From the sequence record ON287376.1: DNA of 64,000 nt; one strand, 5' to 3'. The position numbers and the translations under genes were made by a program. Under the pieces are notes generated by a model. That model searched no databases, was not told the origin of the DNA, and worked only from the letters and a program-made list of their open reading frames with translations. Shown here piece by piece: positions 48,710 through 58,048 of this stretch. Every line of letters starts with the position of its first letter. The stretch's first letter is position 1.

Positions 48710-49309
48710 ATGGCTAAAAGTAATGAGAATGAAGTAGCGTTCTTCTTCCAGATTACGCCCGAAACACGGCAGACTCTGTTGGAGACACCAGACTACCTCA
48801 TCATCACTCAGTCGGAAATCCAAACCGTAGCCGACAACGGCCTGCGGTTAACTAACCGTGTTCGTCGTACCGAAGCTGTTCAGGCTAAGACCTCAGTTGG
48901 GGTTGTGTTTGAGTGCGCGACTAAATATCGGTTCCCTGGTAAACCCGGCGATATGACTTCTCGTTGTCTGGAACGTGAATTCCAAGTTAGCGAAGAAGAA
49001 TACGAACTTGCGTTGCCTTTTGGTGAGCGAGTTTACCACAAGCGTCGTTTCTCATTCAACTTAGCTGGATTTGAAGCAGACCTTGACTGGTTCGTCGAGA
49101 AAGAGTCTAACGACTTCGGCGAATGGGTTAAACTGGATATCAATGTTCCTGAGGAAGGCATCACTGACAGTAAGCTCTATCAGTTACTGACTAAGTTGCC
49201 GCAATCAGGCATCACTATTGCAAACCTGATTAACCCGCCTGGTATTTACAACGAACGTATCAAATCCACTATTAGTGACCTGATGCAGAATACCTGGAAC
49301 CTGGCATAA
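48710..49309 (+). CDS. CYTH-like (triphosphate tunnel) enzyme
   Basis: N-terminal ENE (ExE), RVRR, TK, ERE, KRRF and acidic C-terminal strands. Confidence 0.7.
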   Translation: MAKSNENEVAFFFQITPETRQTLLETPDYLIITQSEIQTVADNGLRLTNRVRRTEAVQAKTSVGVVFECATKYRFPGKPGDMTSRCLEREFQVSEEEYELALPFGERVYHKRRFSFNLAGFEADLDWFVEKESNDFGEWVKLDINVPEEGITDSKLYQLLTKLPQSGITIANLINPPGIYNERIKSTISDLMQNTWNLA

Positions 49310-49379
49310 AGCCAACCGTACGGCGTAGGGGAATTCCTCTACGCCAAAATACCCATTTATTTTTGAGGAGTATATCTCC

Positions 49380-49820
49380 ATGCGCAAACAATGTATTATT
49401 TGTAACGTAACCTTCGATCTTTCCCAATTCATGCGTGACGGTAAAGAACATGCCGATTGCAATGGTTGCAACTGCTTCCAAAAAGCGAAGCCTGCTGCCA
49501 AAGTATTTGAACGTGTTACTGAGGTAAAAGATACCTGCAAGTGCCCGACGTGTTTAGAAGAGAAATCGATTAAAGAGTTCACAAAGGACTACAAGGTATA
49601 TCGTTATTGCAATACCTGTCGTACCGAAGCACTCGAAAAACGAAGTGCAAAAAACAAAGAACTCTTGGGTGCATTCGCGCCCAAATCTCAAACGCTTTGC
49701 CGCTGTTATCGTTGCGGTCGCATTAGTGCCACAACGAGTGGGGATTTTAAAATATCAACAACCTCCGAAACAGGGTATAGCTTTTACTGTTATACGGTTT
49801 GTAAAGGGAGACGTGGATGA
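49380..49820 (+). CDS. Multi-CxxC zinc-finger protein
   Basis: CIIC, CNGC, CPTC, CNTC, CYRC and a terminal C-x3-C. Confidence 0.7.
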   Translation: MRKQCIICNVTFDLSQFMRDGKEHADCNGCNCFQKAKPAAKVFERVTEVKDTCKCPTCLEEKSIKEFTKDYKVYRYCNTCRTEALEKRSAKNKELLGAFAPKSQTLCRCYRCGRISATTSGDFKISTTSETGYSFYCYTVCKGRRG

Positions 49821-50278
49821 AAGTCACCGTTAAACTTTCTGAAGGTATTGTTCAGAACGTTTCAGTGATCGATGATAGTAACGACGTAGTGCTGAACATC
49901 GCCCGTCGTTCCTCGGTAGCCAGACATTGTTTAATCGTTGGTACCAAAGACGGTTTACAAGTTTACCGCATTACTCGTACGCAGGCTGGTCGTAAGTTAC
50001 CGATTCGCCCACTACTTAATCTCATCGAAGAAGATCTGAAAAGTCACTATAACTTAATGTTCCGTGGCGTATGCTGGGGTAAGCCGTCCTACTCTGTTTA
50101 CAATGGCGTTAACCACTTCGTACTCAATACCTGCTTTATTAGTACCTGGGAAGGCGAAATCACCGAAGTCTTTAAAGAGACTCTGGAAAAGGCTGGGCTA
50201 GACACAGTTCCCAAAGCTGGACTTGTCGAGTTCATCAAGTACTTTACCTTCCAAACACCTGAGCCAGAAGAAGAATAG
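49817..50278 (+). CDS. Hypothetical protein
   Basis: 153 aa; ATGA-coupled. Confidence 0.65.
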   Translation: MKVTVKLSEGIVQNVSVIDDSNDVVLNIARRSSVARHCLIVGTKDGLQVYRITRTQAGRKLPIRPLLNLIEEDLKSHYNLMFRGVCWGKPSYSVYNGVNHFVLNTCFISTWEGEITEVFKETLEKAGLDTVPKAGLVEFIKYFTFQTPEPEEE

Positions 50279-50353
50279 AGAGAGCCTCTGCACACTTTGT
50301 GTGCAGAGGTTTTTCTTTCTGTTACCCTCTTTTCTTTTTTGTTAGGAGTGCCC

Positions 50354-51160
50354 ATGGAACAAGTCACCTCAGCTATACCTGAGTCTACTGTAGATGAAAA
50401 CAAGTATGCCATGACCTTCATGCTTTCTTTCAAACCAGAGAATGTAACACCTGGGTCATTGATTATCGACTTGTATGCCAATGGGGAAACTTACCCCGTA
50501 CTGCTCTCTGTACCGCTGGGCTATGAAGTTCCATTTGAGAACACCGGGGACGTTAAGAAGATTATTGAAACCCTGATGAAAGGGGGTGCTAAGTTCACGG
50601 ATGATTGGAGGATTGTTTCTACTTTCCTGGTCCACAAGGTCATCCTCATCGACGATATGTATCGCTTTGAGTTTGGTGAAGTCGTTTGCGTTCCACACGT
50701 AGACGAAGATGGGTTCGTTAGCGACTATCAGGTTTTGGCTGACGATACTGAACTCGATATGTCTGTTCACCGCATTGATCGCCATCTCATTGTTGTTCAC
50801 GATAAAATCAGCAATGAAGATATTACCGTCCACATGGTGACTGAAGATCAACCGGTTAAAACTGGGGACTGCATCGCCACAATCTTCGATATCGATACCA
50901 AGGAGAACTTCATCTACAACCTTTACAACTACAAACGTAAAGACGATGAAGAAAAGACCAACTACATCTGCGCCATGGTTTGGTTGACTCAAACTCAATC
51001 ACTTGGTCAGTTTAGTTTCATGACAGGTGACTTCAGTTTGGCTAAGAGCGACTTAGGTGATATTGACCCAGGTTACCTTGCAGCGACAGTAACAGAACCA
51101 GACGGAACTGAGTACGATTTCGAAATTCCTAAAGAGCACTATATCGCCTCACTTCACTAA
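50354..51160 (+). CDS. Hypothetical acidic beta-rich protein
   Basis: AGGAG RBS, ATG 50354. Confidence 0.75.
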   Translation: MEQVTSAIPESTVDENKYAMTFMLSFKPENVTPGSLIIDLYANGETYPVLLSVPLGYEVPFENTGDVKKIIETLMKGGAKFTDDWRIVSTFLVHKVILIDDMYRFEFGEVVCVPHVDEDGFVSDYQVLADDTELDMSVHRIDRHLIVVHDKISNEDITVHMVTEDQPVKTGDCIATIFDIDTKENFIYNLYNYKRKDDEEKTNYICAMVWLTQTQSLGQFSFMTGDFSLAKSDLGDIDPGYLAATVTEPDGTEYDFEIPKEHYIASLH

Positions 51161-51200
51161 AACAAAATAGGTAGGAGGGTTTCCCCTCCTACTTGTGACC

Positions 51201-52034
51201 TTACATGAATCCGCCGATAAGGTTTCGGTAATAGTTCCCAGCTGCACTGGCATCCGAAAGGAAGTTGACAGCTTGCCATTCTTCCCTGAAGTATTCTTTA
51301 TAGAGCTCTGCTGCATCCGAGTATCCGTCGACGAACTCTTGGATGACTGGCATTTCACTACCACCTTCCAAGTAGCCCTGATTAAGACTTACCTTCAGAT
51401 TATTATAGATCCATGCTTTCGTTGCATAGACGCACAGCTGAACAAATTGTGGAACAGCCCTAGGTGGCAGGGTATTCATATCAGCGTCATGGGAAACACG
51501 GCAGGTAATAGAGCCTTGTTTAACAGAACCCATGTAGTCCGTGATGAGAATCGTATTCTCACCAATCAGACGGACAGCTGCTGAACCCGTAAGACCACCT
51601 GGGGCGGCGGAGGTGAGGATTTTAGATGCGTAGTTCATCAACTGGGAGTTACCGCAGTTGTTCATCGAGTAGTCGTTGTTCAACGTACCACCGATCATGG
51701 TTTGTGCACCCAGGTTATACGTATAGTTGAAGTACAACGTTTCAACAATAGTACGACCTTGAGTTAAACGTTTAGGGATACGTACCACGGTACGATAGTC
51801 ACCGGTTGGATCAGGGATAACTTCCGCTTGAGCTAATGGGATGTTAATCTCAAGAGCACCGAGAAGGTTACAATCTGCCCTGACTTTCGCATCGATAACT
51901 TTGTTACGGATCTCCCAGTCCAATGACCCCGGAGAGATTCGTTCCCTTCCTCGTTTACCGAGAAATGCTATTTCAAGGACATCGGTTGGAATTTCAAACC
52001 GAATATCCGAGATAACTTTATGAAGGACTGACAT
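51201..52034 (-). CDS. Conserved virion structural protein of phiKZ-like phages
   Basis: 277 aa divergent from phuZ; EIP.DVL..AF N-terminus; call rests mainly on synteny. Confidence 0.65.
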   Translation of the reverse strand: MSVLHKVISDIRFEIPTDVLEIAFLGKRGRERISPGSLDWEIRNKVIDAKVRADCNLLGALEINIPLAQAEVIPDPTGDYRTVVRIPKRLTQGRTIVETLYFNYTYNLGAQTMIGGTLNNDYSMNNCGNSQLMNYASKILTSAAPGGLTGSAAVRLIGENTILITDYMGSVKQGSITCRVSHDADMNTLPPRAVPQFVQLCVYATKAWIYNNLKVSLNQGYLEGGSEMPVIQEFVDGYSDAAELYKEYFREEWQAVNFLSDASAAGNYYRNLIGGFM

Positions 52035-52140
52035 GGGCTACCTCCTAGTAGGGTCCGTCAGGTTATTTTTTACATCTCTTCTGAAGATGTGTAGCAATTA
52101 CACAGATAAAGTAGTTTTTTCTTATCAGTAGTGAGGAAAT

Positions 52141-53103
52141 ATGCAAACTCGTAATAGCGTCTCTATCTATGGTTGTGGCGGTGCCGGTATCGACCTGGTA
52201 AACCGTCTGCTCGATCAAGACCTCAGTGGTCTGGCTTATGTCAACGCTGCCTTCGTAGACAGCAGCAAATCCAACTTCAACGGCCGCTACGATCCTAAGA
52301 CGTGTTACGTCCTGGAAGGCGTAGATGGCTCCGGTAAAGAGCGTTCGATCAACTACCCTCTGATCGCTCGTGCAGTAGACGATGTTCTGCTGTCACACAA
52401 ACCATCCGACCTGAACATCCTGGTCTTCTCTGCATCCGGCGGTACTGGTTCAGTATTCTCACTGAAAATCGCCGAAGCGCTGTGGGAACAAAACAAAGCC
52501 GTTCTGCTGTTCGTCGTCGGTTCGACCGAAAGCGGTAAAACCACCGGTAACGTTCTGGATACTCTGTATTCGATCGATACCATGGCTCGGAAGAAAAACG
52601 TCTCTGCGGTTGTCTACTACGACACCAATGGCAGCAACGTCCGTAACTCTGAAGTCGACATCAACATGCTGACCGGTATGCGTTGGATCCTGGATCTCTA
52701 CGCAGGTACTCACCACGGCCTTGATAGCGCCGATGTTCTCAACTGGGCTCGTCCTACTAGCGGCGCCAAGGTAACTCCTCAGCTCTGCCTGCTGGACATC
52801 ACCGAAGATCGCAACGAAGCGATCGAAATCGAAGCACCAATCTCTGTTGCTGAACTGCACGGTGACGACTATCGTGGTGAAGGTACTATCGCCGCTGACT
52901 ACAGCGCGTATGGTAACCGTCGCGAAAGTGGTAAAGGTTCTCTGTACTTCAGCATCTACACCCATGGCCTGGGTTCGCTGATGGATGAACTGAAAACCAT
53001 CAAGGACGATTACGAGCGCCGTAAGGCCTCTCGTGAGAAACTGACTTCTTCTGTAATGAAGAACTCTGGGCCGTCCGAAGACGACGGGATGTTTTTCTCC
53101 TAA
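52141..53103 (+). CDS. phuZ: Phage tubulin PhuZ
   Basis: YGCGGAGID, DSS, GSGKER, tubulin signature SASGGTGS, acidic DDGMFF C-terminus. Confidence 0.96.
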   Translation: MQTRNSVSIYGCGGAGIDLVNRLLDQDLSGLAYVNAAFVDSSKSNFNGRYDPKTCYVLEGVDGSGKERSINYPLIARAVDDVLLSHKPSDLNILVFSASGGTGSVFSLKIAEALWEQNKAVLLFVVGSTESGKTTGNVLDTLYSIDTMARKKNVSAVVYYDTNGSNVRNSEVDINMLTGMRWILDLYAGTHHGLDSADVLNWARPTSGAKVTPQLCLLDITEDRNEAIEIEAPISVAELHGDDYRGEGTIAADYSAYGNRRESGKGSLYFSIYTHGLGSLMDELKTIKDDYERRKASREKLTSSVMKNSGPSEDDGMFFS

Positions 53104-53106
53104 TAG

Positions 53107-53430
53107 TATGTAGAAAACATTCTTCGTGTTTCAAAGTAGTTCAATCTTGATCTTCGGCAGTTAACGCTGCGCTTGGATTCGGATAAAACTCTGGGCGGGG
53201 TTAACCTCCCGCTCCGTTTAACAATTTGGAAAAGGTCTGAAGAAGACCAACCCCTCGCGGATTAAGTTCCGTACATTAGCCGACTAAATCGTATTCGGCT
53301 CTAAACAAGATATACCGCACTATAGATCTGCAAACAAACGTTGAACGATTGAACGCTGTAGCGTCTTCCTTCCGTAGCTATCTCCCTCGGCGACCTTAAC
53401 CGGTCGTCGGGGAGAGATATGCTATTATGA
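53107..53430 (+). ncRNA. Candidate structured non-coding RNA
   Basis: No ORF of 60 aa or more in the track; starts at TATGTA; at least 6 hairpins; ends in a long hairpin before a U-tract. Confidence 0.35.
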
Positions 53431-53456
53431 CTTTTTTGCTCGAAATGATTTCAGAA

Positions 53457-53476
53457 CTATATTACTACATTGATAG
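53457..53476 (+). promoter_or_regulatory. Putative early promoter driving the paralog array
   Basis: ctatattactacattgatag contains TATATTAC. Confidence 0.7.
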
Positions 53477-53590
53477 GAGTTTTATACTCTAGAACTTACT
53501 GTATCAAATTGTACGTAGCTTTCACTTATAATGAGGGTAGTTGCTGCACATTTGGTATTAAATTGAATCTGGTGGATTACAGGGACAATT

Positions 53591-53983
53591 ATGATTGGGC
53601 AAACTACAGTAGTAGGTAACGTACCATTGCTGTTACGTTCTATCACGAAACCTTATCCTTACTTAGTCCATGAGAACACGATCTTCCAATTGATGTTATT
53701 CACTTGGTGGAGTGTAGGTGACCTCGGCTGGGCAGAGCAGTTGTATACCTGGGTAATCAGGACGGGTAAGGATGAGCTTCCTCGAGCAGCCATGCTACTA
53801 CCGGGAAGGAACCCGGTCGATTACGATAGGATGTTATTCGAGATATTTGATAACGTCTGTAATCACGAAGACATCCTCACTGACTACATGATCTCGAGCT
53901 TCGACCATTATCGACATCTGTACATTGAGGAAATCTATTTTAGGAAAAGGGAATTCACACTGAAACTAGCGGTGAGAAAATGA
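53591..53983 (+). CDS. Hypothetical protein, first gene of the array
   Basis: 130 aa; coupled to the next gene. Confidence 0.65.
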   Translation: MIGQTTVVGNVPLLLRSITKPYPYLVHENTIFQLMLFTWWSVGDLGWAEQLYTWVIRTGKDELPRAAMLLPGRNPVDYDRMLFEIFDNVCNHEDILTDYMISSFDHYRHLYIEEIYFRKREFTLKLAVRK

Positions 53984-54345
53984 TTATACTTTACGACATC
54001 AACACGATGATCAGTATAGCGAGAAAGATAGACCCAGAACTGAGCCAAGGAGACTTGCTTGAAATATTCATATTTTGCATTACGAAAGACAATGATCTAA
54101 ATTTGGTACATCCGACTTATATTGACGGATCAAACAGAAGAGTAGCTGAGACAGTCAGGAGATTATGGCGGTTCATGCCAGGTTATAATTTCTTGGATAT
54201 AGAGGATGTTCAACTCGCTCCATTCGGCCGTGTAGCAATACACGTAGATGAAGAGGAGTTCTACGACAGAAACCCTAATGCAATCCCTAGGAGTAAGTCA
54301 TGGAGAGAATATACCGTCTCGACTACCCAATGTCTGTTCAAGTAA
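53980..54345 (+). CDS. Array member
   Basis: MIILYDI strand...FGRVAIHV hairpin. Confidence 0.65.
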   Translation: MIILYDINTMISIARKIDPELSQGDLLEIFIFCITKDNDLNLVHPTYIDGSNRRVAETVRRLWRFMPGYNFLDIEDVQLAPFGRVAIHVDEEEFYDRNPNAIPRSKSWREYTVSTTQCLFK

Positions 54346-54716
54346 TCCTGAATAAGCTGGATGGTTTGGAAGCTAAATACCGATTCCTTTATTCGTTAGT
54401 GAACACCGCTATATGGACAGGGATCTACGAAGGGGAATCGGATAAAACCCTTTCCTTCAACGAACATTATTACAACGATCACATCGAGTACGTATACGAC
54501 GACGAAGAGATGTCTGAAGAAACTCTACAGGCTAGGATGAAGGAGTTGGATTTCTTATCTGACTTATTCACTCGGCCTGAGGGAATCAATCTCTTCGAGA
54601 ACAGCCTAGCTACAATGGGTCGTTCTTTGTCAGATATCGTAGACGGTTTAGCCGACCCAGTTCTGGCCGTAGAAACCGCCTTGATTAGTCACTACGATGT
54701 TTCAGTTATGGATTAG
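54300..54716 (+). CDS. Array member
   Basis: RIYRLDY strand; acidic core. Confidence 0.65.
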   Translation: MERIYRLDYPMSVQVILNKLDGLEAKYRFLYSLVNTAIWTGIYEGESDKTLSFNEHYYNDHIEYVYDDEEMSEETLQARMKELDFLSDLFTRPEGINLFENSLATMGRSLSDIVDGLADPVLAVETALISHYDVSVMD

Positions 54717-54725
54717 AGGATTGCA

Positions 54726-55205
54726 ATGGGCAAGTTAGTTGTCGTAGATAGTTATTCGTTAACCGGGTTCTTGCTCAGTACAATACGGCAGTTTATCCGT
54801 CGGTATCCTGAGTACCGTGAACGAATCGATCCGAACATTTCGATAAACAATTTGCAAGAAACCACCGAGCGCATCATCTGGAATATCATTCAGAAGGACA
54901 AGCGTTTCGGTTCCCCGGAGTATTGGGATGAGGTTCAGGAAATCGGGAAGTGGTTCAAGGGCTACGATCCCGAAGGCGTCTATATAGACGACCGTGGTGA
55001 AGAGCAAAATAGCGATGAGATGTCGGGTGAATTCTTCCGTGAAGTTATCGACATGTACGAAGTTCGTATCCGGTCAGTATTGGGATCGATCGGCGTAGAT
55101 CTCAACTGGGAATATTTGGAGTACGAGAAATCTACACCAACCGCTCTTCTATTACGGAGTCACGGTGACTATCGTATTTACGATTATCACAAACGTAATG
55201 GGTGA
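54726..55205 (+). CDS. Array member
   Basis: KLVVVDS strand...PTALLLRS hairpin. Confidence 0.7.
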   Translation: MGKLVVVDSYSLTGFLLSTIRQFIRRYPEYRERIDPNISINNLQETTERIIWNIIQKDKRFGSPEYWDEVQEIGKWFKGYDPEGVYIDDRGEEQNSDEMSGEFFREVIDMYEVRIRSVLGSIGVDLNWEYLEYEKSTPTALLLRSHGDYRIYDYHKRNG

Positions 55206-55208
55206 GTT

Positions 55209-55556
55209 ATGAGGACATGGTTGATTCCAGTAGAAACGCTACGGGCAAGATACACGAGGTTACTCGATAATGTAGATCGGGATGCGAAGAACTCAGTTAA
55301 CGTTGAAGTGCATCTGAAATACTTGTTGGCTAACCTCATGGAACCCGATCTCTTCTCCTACCGTGTTGATGAGATAGCGAACGACTTGAGTATGTTTGGT
55401 TTCGACCATATTGTCTTTGATTGTTTGGTCTTGGAGGTTAGTGATTTCTTCAAGAAACAAATCGTCTACCACACCGGATTACCCCCGCATCTTTTCGAAG
55501 GAAACTGGCACCTTGACTTCCCAACAAGAACGTTATCGGTCAGTGCATATTGTTGA
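55209..55556 (+). CDS. Array member
   Basis: RTWLIPV strand...PTRTLSVS hairpin. Confidence 0.7.
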   Translation: MRTWLIPVETLRARYTRLLDNVDRDAKNSVNVEVHLKYLLANLMEPDLFSYRVDEIANDLSMFGFDHIVFDCLVLEVSDFFKKQIVYHTGLPPHLFEGNWHLDFPTRTLSVSAYC

Positions 55557-56016
55557 TATCTCGAACCTACTCAGTCTATTTAAAGTCATGGTGAGTCCGT
55601 ATGGGCTCTCCGTGGCTGATTGTGTTCGGGTAGCATTCCTTTATGCCATGACCTATTCAGTAAACAGTGATGGATCCTCTGTCTTTGACATGAGGTTACG
55701 TTATCGTATCGTTAATGAGATGGAGGTACTGGTCGAGAAATCGTTGATCAAGAATCCACTTAATAACGAAGAGGAGTATGAATTACATCGGACTAATATC
55801 TACCTGATGATTCAGAAAATGTCTCGTAATCTAGGGCCGCAATCCTCAGGGTACTTCGGCGTTATTGATTCTATAGAGGATATAATGTTCGATTTTGATC
55901 TCACCTTAGGAACGCTCTATGTTAGATTTAAGAAGCCCGCCTGGGAGGCATTCAAAGAGAATAGTTCTATATCTCGATTACAAAGAGGAAATCCACGATC
56001 TCTATCTCAGCCTTAG
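55543..56016 (+). CDS. Array member
   Basis: Probable GTG start (HIVDI strand)...LGTLYVRF hairpin. Confidence 0.65.
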   Translation: MHIVDISNLLSLFKVMVSPYGLSVADCVRVAFLYAMTYSVNSDGSSVFDMRLRYRIVNEMEVLVEKSLIKNPLNNEEEYELHRTNIYLMIQKMSRNLGPQSSGYFGVIDSIEDIMFDFDLTLGTLYVRFKKPAWEAFKENSSISRLQRGNPRSLSQP

Positions 56017-56326
56017 TAAAGACTGGGGGATCATTGGAGCACCTCGATTGTTGATCGAAGGGGCTATCAACTCTATTACGGCCTCTACGCCTCCTAAGGT
56101 AATACTTAAGGAACTCTCCGAAATCATCATGTTAGTTCGTAATCCGTTCTTCCAGAAAGAGAATTGGGATATGAACAACTGGATGTCTGACGCGCTCGTT
56201 TTTTACGGCATGTTTCAAAAGTTCTATGCGCATGTTCTGCTTGCCAGGAACTTAACCGGAGAGTACTCCGTATCATCTATCGACTTCAGTCAATCTTCAA
56301 TAAGGTTGATGTTGGAGAAACCATGA
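55919..56326 (+). CDS. Array member (start uncertain)
   Basis: RIVLYLDY strand...SSIRLML hairpin. Confidence 0.65.
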   Translation: MLDLRSPPGRHSKRIVLYLDYKEEIHDLYLSLSKDWGIIGAPRLLIEGAINSITASTPPKVILKELSEIIMLVRNPFFQKENWDMNNWMSDALVFYGMFQKFYAHVLLARNLTGEYSVSSIDFSQSSIRLMLEKP

Positions 56327-56763
56327 TTAACCGTAACTTCACTTCCACGGCACTATTCGAGATTCGTGGATGGAATGCAAGTGTTCTAGATGCATTCGTA
56401 AAGAGGCACGCTCCGGATCTAACTGGCCCGGAGTTACTTAAGTATGCTGCTCAGTTGTCTTTGGATTACTACATCCATCCCAATGGAGAAGCGTTTGATA
56501 ATCTCCAGGATAATCTTGAAGAACAGTTTGGTTATAACGAGTTGACGGAAGATAGCCCGGATTACGTTTATGAGCAAATTGAACGTGAAGTGCAAGTATA
56601 TGTGGAAATCGTATCTGACTTCGCAAGGTATCTTGATAAAGAAATCGAACGCATCGCCAGCCGTATCGACATCCCGTTGAGCCGAGTCAGTATTGATCGT
56701 GCATTCGTACGCGGGCACACATTCGGTTTACAGTTAGTCGATTATGACCGGGAGGTTTGGTGA
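56323..56763 (+). CDS. Array member
   Basis: ALFEI strand...GHTFGLQL hairpin. Confidence 0.7.
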   Translation: MINRNFTSTALFEIRGWNASVLDAFVKRHAPDLTGPELLKYAAQLSLDYYIHPNGEAFDNLQDNLEEQFGYNELTEDSPDYVYEQIEREVQVYVEIVSDFARYLDKEIERIASRIDIPLSRVSIDRAFVRGHTFGLQLVDYDREVW

Positions 56764-57215
56764 GCACCGTAGCTAAAGTAATTGTCTTTGAAGCACTTGA
56801 GTATTTAAGGCTGTTGGAAAACCTGTGTTCTGTAGTAGAAGCCTCTGACGAAATGGTATATGTCAGCCGTGAAGGTATTACCCATTGTATTCTGGATGAT
56901 ATCATGAGCGGAGGCACATTCGAGGGTTCTATGCGGGGCTATGTGTTTGCCGATAGCAAATGTAAAATGGATGTTGCTCTTGAAATAATCGAAGAGCAGC
57001 GTGAGTTATTAAGGAATGAATTGACTCAGGTAATGATGCGTCAGTGCATGGGTGTAATCAAAGATGCCTCTTTCATTGATAACTTCACCATACTCGGGTT
57101 AACTAAATCCATTGCGATGAGATACCTGACAAATGATTCTGAAATGTTACCACAGCAGCGTATATCTCCCCGTCGTAATTGGGGAATACGTAGACGCGAT
57201 AACCGGGCGTATTAA
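56757..57215 (+). CDS. Array member
   Basis: KVIVFEA strand...DNFTILG hairpin. Confidence 0.7.
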   Translation: MVSTVAKVIVFEALEYLRLLENLCSVVEASDEMVYVSREGITHCILDDIMSGGTFEGSMRGYVFADSKCKMDVALEIIEEQRELLRNELTQVMMRQCMGVIKDASFIDNFTILGLTKSIAMRYLTNDSEMLPQQRISPRRNWGIRRRDNRAY

Positions 57216-57513
57216 GAAAGAGGCTAGCGAGTCTGGGGTAGATCTGGAGATCGACCCCGTCTTCGTCATGGAAGAAGCCGTTAAAGAGATTGAATGGTGT
57301 TTTGTTGAACTGTTGTCTCTCGAGGAAGGGGCACCGCCTACTTTCGATTGGTTAATTAACTCGAGTTTACCTGCAATCAATTTCTATCGTTCTTTGATGG
57401 ATACCGACGTCTTCACCCATCTACGCAATGAGGAGTTCGACTTCGTAAGTCTGGATGTTATGAATTCTTGCGAAATCTTAGTAACTCTGAAATGGAGAAG
57501 TAAAAATGGCTGA
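57133..57513 (+). CDS. Array member
   Basis: Helical core...SCEILVTL hairpin. Confidence 0.65.
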   Translation: MILKCYHSSVYLPVVIGEYVDAITGRIKKEASESGVDLEIDPVFVMEEAVKEIEWCFVELLSLEEGAPPTFDWLINSSLPAINFYRSLMDTDVFTHLRNEEFDFVSLDVMNSCEILVTLKWRSKNG

Positions 57514-57931
57514 AGCAGGTAACAAGATCCTGGGTAAGTTTAACCTGGGTGATCGGGTTACGTTCCAGATTTACCCGGTGACACTTTACGGTGACATTTT
57601 CCGTAACTGCGTCCCTACTGACCTTATCTCGTTCAAGTCAACGCCTCGCTTTAATGTCGATGCTGCCGCTGAACACGCTAAGGTTTACAACTTACTTCCA
57701 CCTGGCCAAGCGCCAAATGACCCTGCGGGTTATAAGTGGTTAGTAGTTACTCTGGAGAACGGCGATGAGCGCGTAATCGGGTTACCTTGGATTAAGGTTG
57801 ATACAATCCAGGTAATCCAGGTGGTTAACACCTACGTGACTATCCCGAACACTGCCCCAGAAGATCAAGAGAAGATTCGACTGGCACTCTCTGCCGCAGG
57901 TTTCAACGACGTCGAAATCAATCAGCGATAA
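57506..57931 (+). CDS. Conserved phiKZ-like protein upstream of the DNA polymerase (SH3-like beta-barrel)
   Basis: EHAKVY..LP...P.DP..Y.W......G...VIGLPWI; synteny. Confidence 0.75.
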   Translation: MAEAGNKILGKFNLGDRVTFQIYPVTLYGDIFRNCVPTDLISFKSTPRFNVDAAAEHAKVYNLLPPGQAPNDPAGYKWLVVTLENGDERVIGLPWIKVDTIQVIQVVNTYVTIPNTAPEDQEKIRLALSAAGFNDVEINQR

Positions 57932-58048
57932 CATACTCCTCCCTCTGCCATTAGGCAGAGGGAGGGCTATTTATTCTCTTTCTTTTTTCTTTTACGTCAT
58001 GGGCTGATGGTATAGATGAAAGTTTAAGATTAGAAAAAAGGGATTAAC

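Noticed and set aside
53110-53360. Fragments resembling tmRNA (TGGATTCG, GCAAAC) and RNase P (TTCGGCT)
   Set aside because: No acceptor stem, T-arm or CCA; the GCA frame stops after four codons; RNase P conserved regions are incomplete. Kept only as a generic ncRNA candidate.
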